Source: Phoronis australis (taxonomy: Eukaryota > Animalia > Phoronida). Taken from it: a DNA stretch of 64,000 nucleotides. Below the pieces are notes generated by a model. The model saw nothing but the letters and a program-made list of their open reading frames with translations. It had not been told where the DNA came from and made no database searches. The position numbers were made by a program, and so were the translations under genes. Positions within the stretch are counted from its first letter, which is position 1, and every line of letters starts with the position of its first letter. Below, piece after piece: positions 63,045 to 64,000 of this stretch. The DNA lies in contig NMRA01000184.1 in assembly GCA_002633005.1 (NCBI GenBank), positions 561,255-625,254 of the forward strand. The letters run 5' to 3'.

Positions 63045-63873
63045 TTTATTGTCCCTCTTGCAAAAGCGGAACATTTTAAAACAATTCTTACCAGCGTTGT
63101 GGAGATTTTTGTACAAAGCATATGTTTACATCTGAGAACATCATTTGAATCTGATCAACCATTTCTGTGATATGATTTTCCATAGTTAGCCAAATTTGGA
63201 CGGTTTGCAATGGCTTCTCATCACCTTAATCTGTTCAATCACTAATAGTAATATTGCATTCACAAACTGACTCAAACATTGTCATTTTCGCTGGCATTTT
63301 CGCTGGTAGCGAAGAGACAACGATCATAAGGATTACATTTGATGGCGCACTGTATGTGGTTCTCTGACAGTAATGTAATAAGACCACCTCAAATGCACAC
63401 AGGACACAGTTTCTGGAACTTGGATTTTATTCACCAATTTATTGTTGCAAGTTAGCATGCTTTAACATCACTCTTTGCTTTGAAGGCGTTTCGGATGTTG
63501 AAGAAATGTCTATCGAAAAACTACACCATTAGGTTGTCTGGCTAAAATGCTAGTCTTTTTGCTAATCTTGTGAACCTAGCCTTCTGTGATCTCATTCATC
63601 TTGTAAGCTAATACCAGGATGTATAATTATCTTACTGATATGCGGTCATATTTTATCCACATGTAACCAGATGCGATACTTTCCGTCAAAAAAAGCATGC
63701 CATCTTGTGATATCTGGCGTCAAGTGTAATACCAAGCAACCATTTACGCTTTTGAGAACGTCTGCTGCTTTCCTTACTTCTAAATTCTCCCTTTTTCGAA
63801 ATGTTTTAAGTGTTGGTTTCCACACATGTTTGTCAGTTCTTGGATGAGGAGGCAGTCTCACCACCTGGTGAAT
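63045..63873 (-). pseudogene. Decayed terminal exon of a TGF-beta/BMP-family-like gene (C-terminal prodomain plus mature domain)
   Basis: Acceptor ATTTTTACAG ends at 63874. Colinear motifs follow: IHQVV; NGCLVLHLTPDITRW...IWLHV; RQP-[frameshift]-MV*FF (63539-63515); RNCVLCAFEV...SAP (Cys at 63408); CLF..NAS; VMRSHCKPSKFG*L (Cys at 63209); FSDVNIC; then AATAAA at 63050-63045. Several stops and frameshifts. Confidence 0.6.
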
Positions 63874-64000
63874 CTGTAAAAATTGTAACTTCAAGTAAAT
63901 ACCTCTAAATTTTTTTGGCCACTACCAATTTCTCAAATGTGGGCATCGGTCGGTTGTTAGTGTGAATATTATTATTGTTAACTCATTTCCAAATAATAAC

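Overview
AT-rich, intron-rich eukaryotic DNA, probably from an invertebrate animal. No prokaryotic features, tRNA/rRNA genes or CRISPR arrays are visible. The backbone is one + strand gene with seven readable coding exons: 6291-6503, 37069-37149, 45237-45314, 46823-46969, 47623-47928, 49308-49682 and 53730-53905 (about 458 aa). All have GT-AG boundaries, and together they encode a PTB domain closely resembling SH2D5. The expected SH2-coding 3' exons are not identifiable in this window. Three things in the introns stand out. (1) Heavily decayed minus-strand coding relics that look like TGF-beta/BMP-family genes: one fairly clear at about 63.0-63.9 kb and two weaker, mutually homologous ones at about 20.0-23.2 kb. 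(2) A young TSD-flanked insertion containing a perfect 163-bp palindrome that carries a minimal U3-A8 variant hammerhead-ribozyme motif, suggesting a Penelope-like pLTR. (3) A 299-bp CAC...GTG element with 49-bp TIRs and a 5-bp TSD, the Transib/RAG-like signature. The rest is MITE families, minisatellites and a probable haplotype-duplication assembly artefact. All homology calls are by-eye comparisons to remembered family motifs; no database searches were run.
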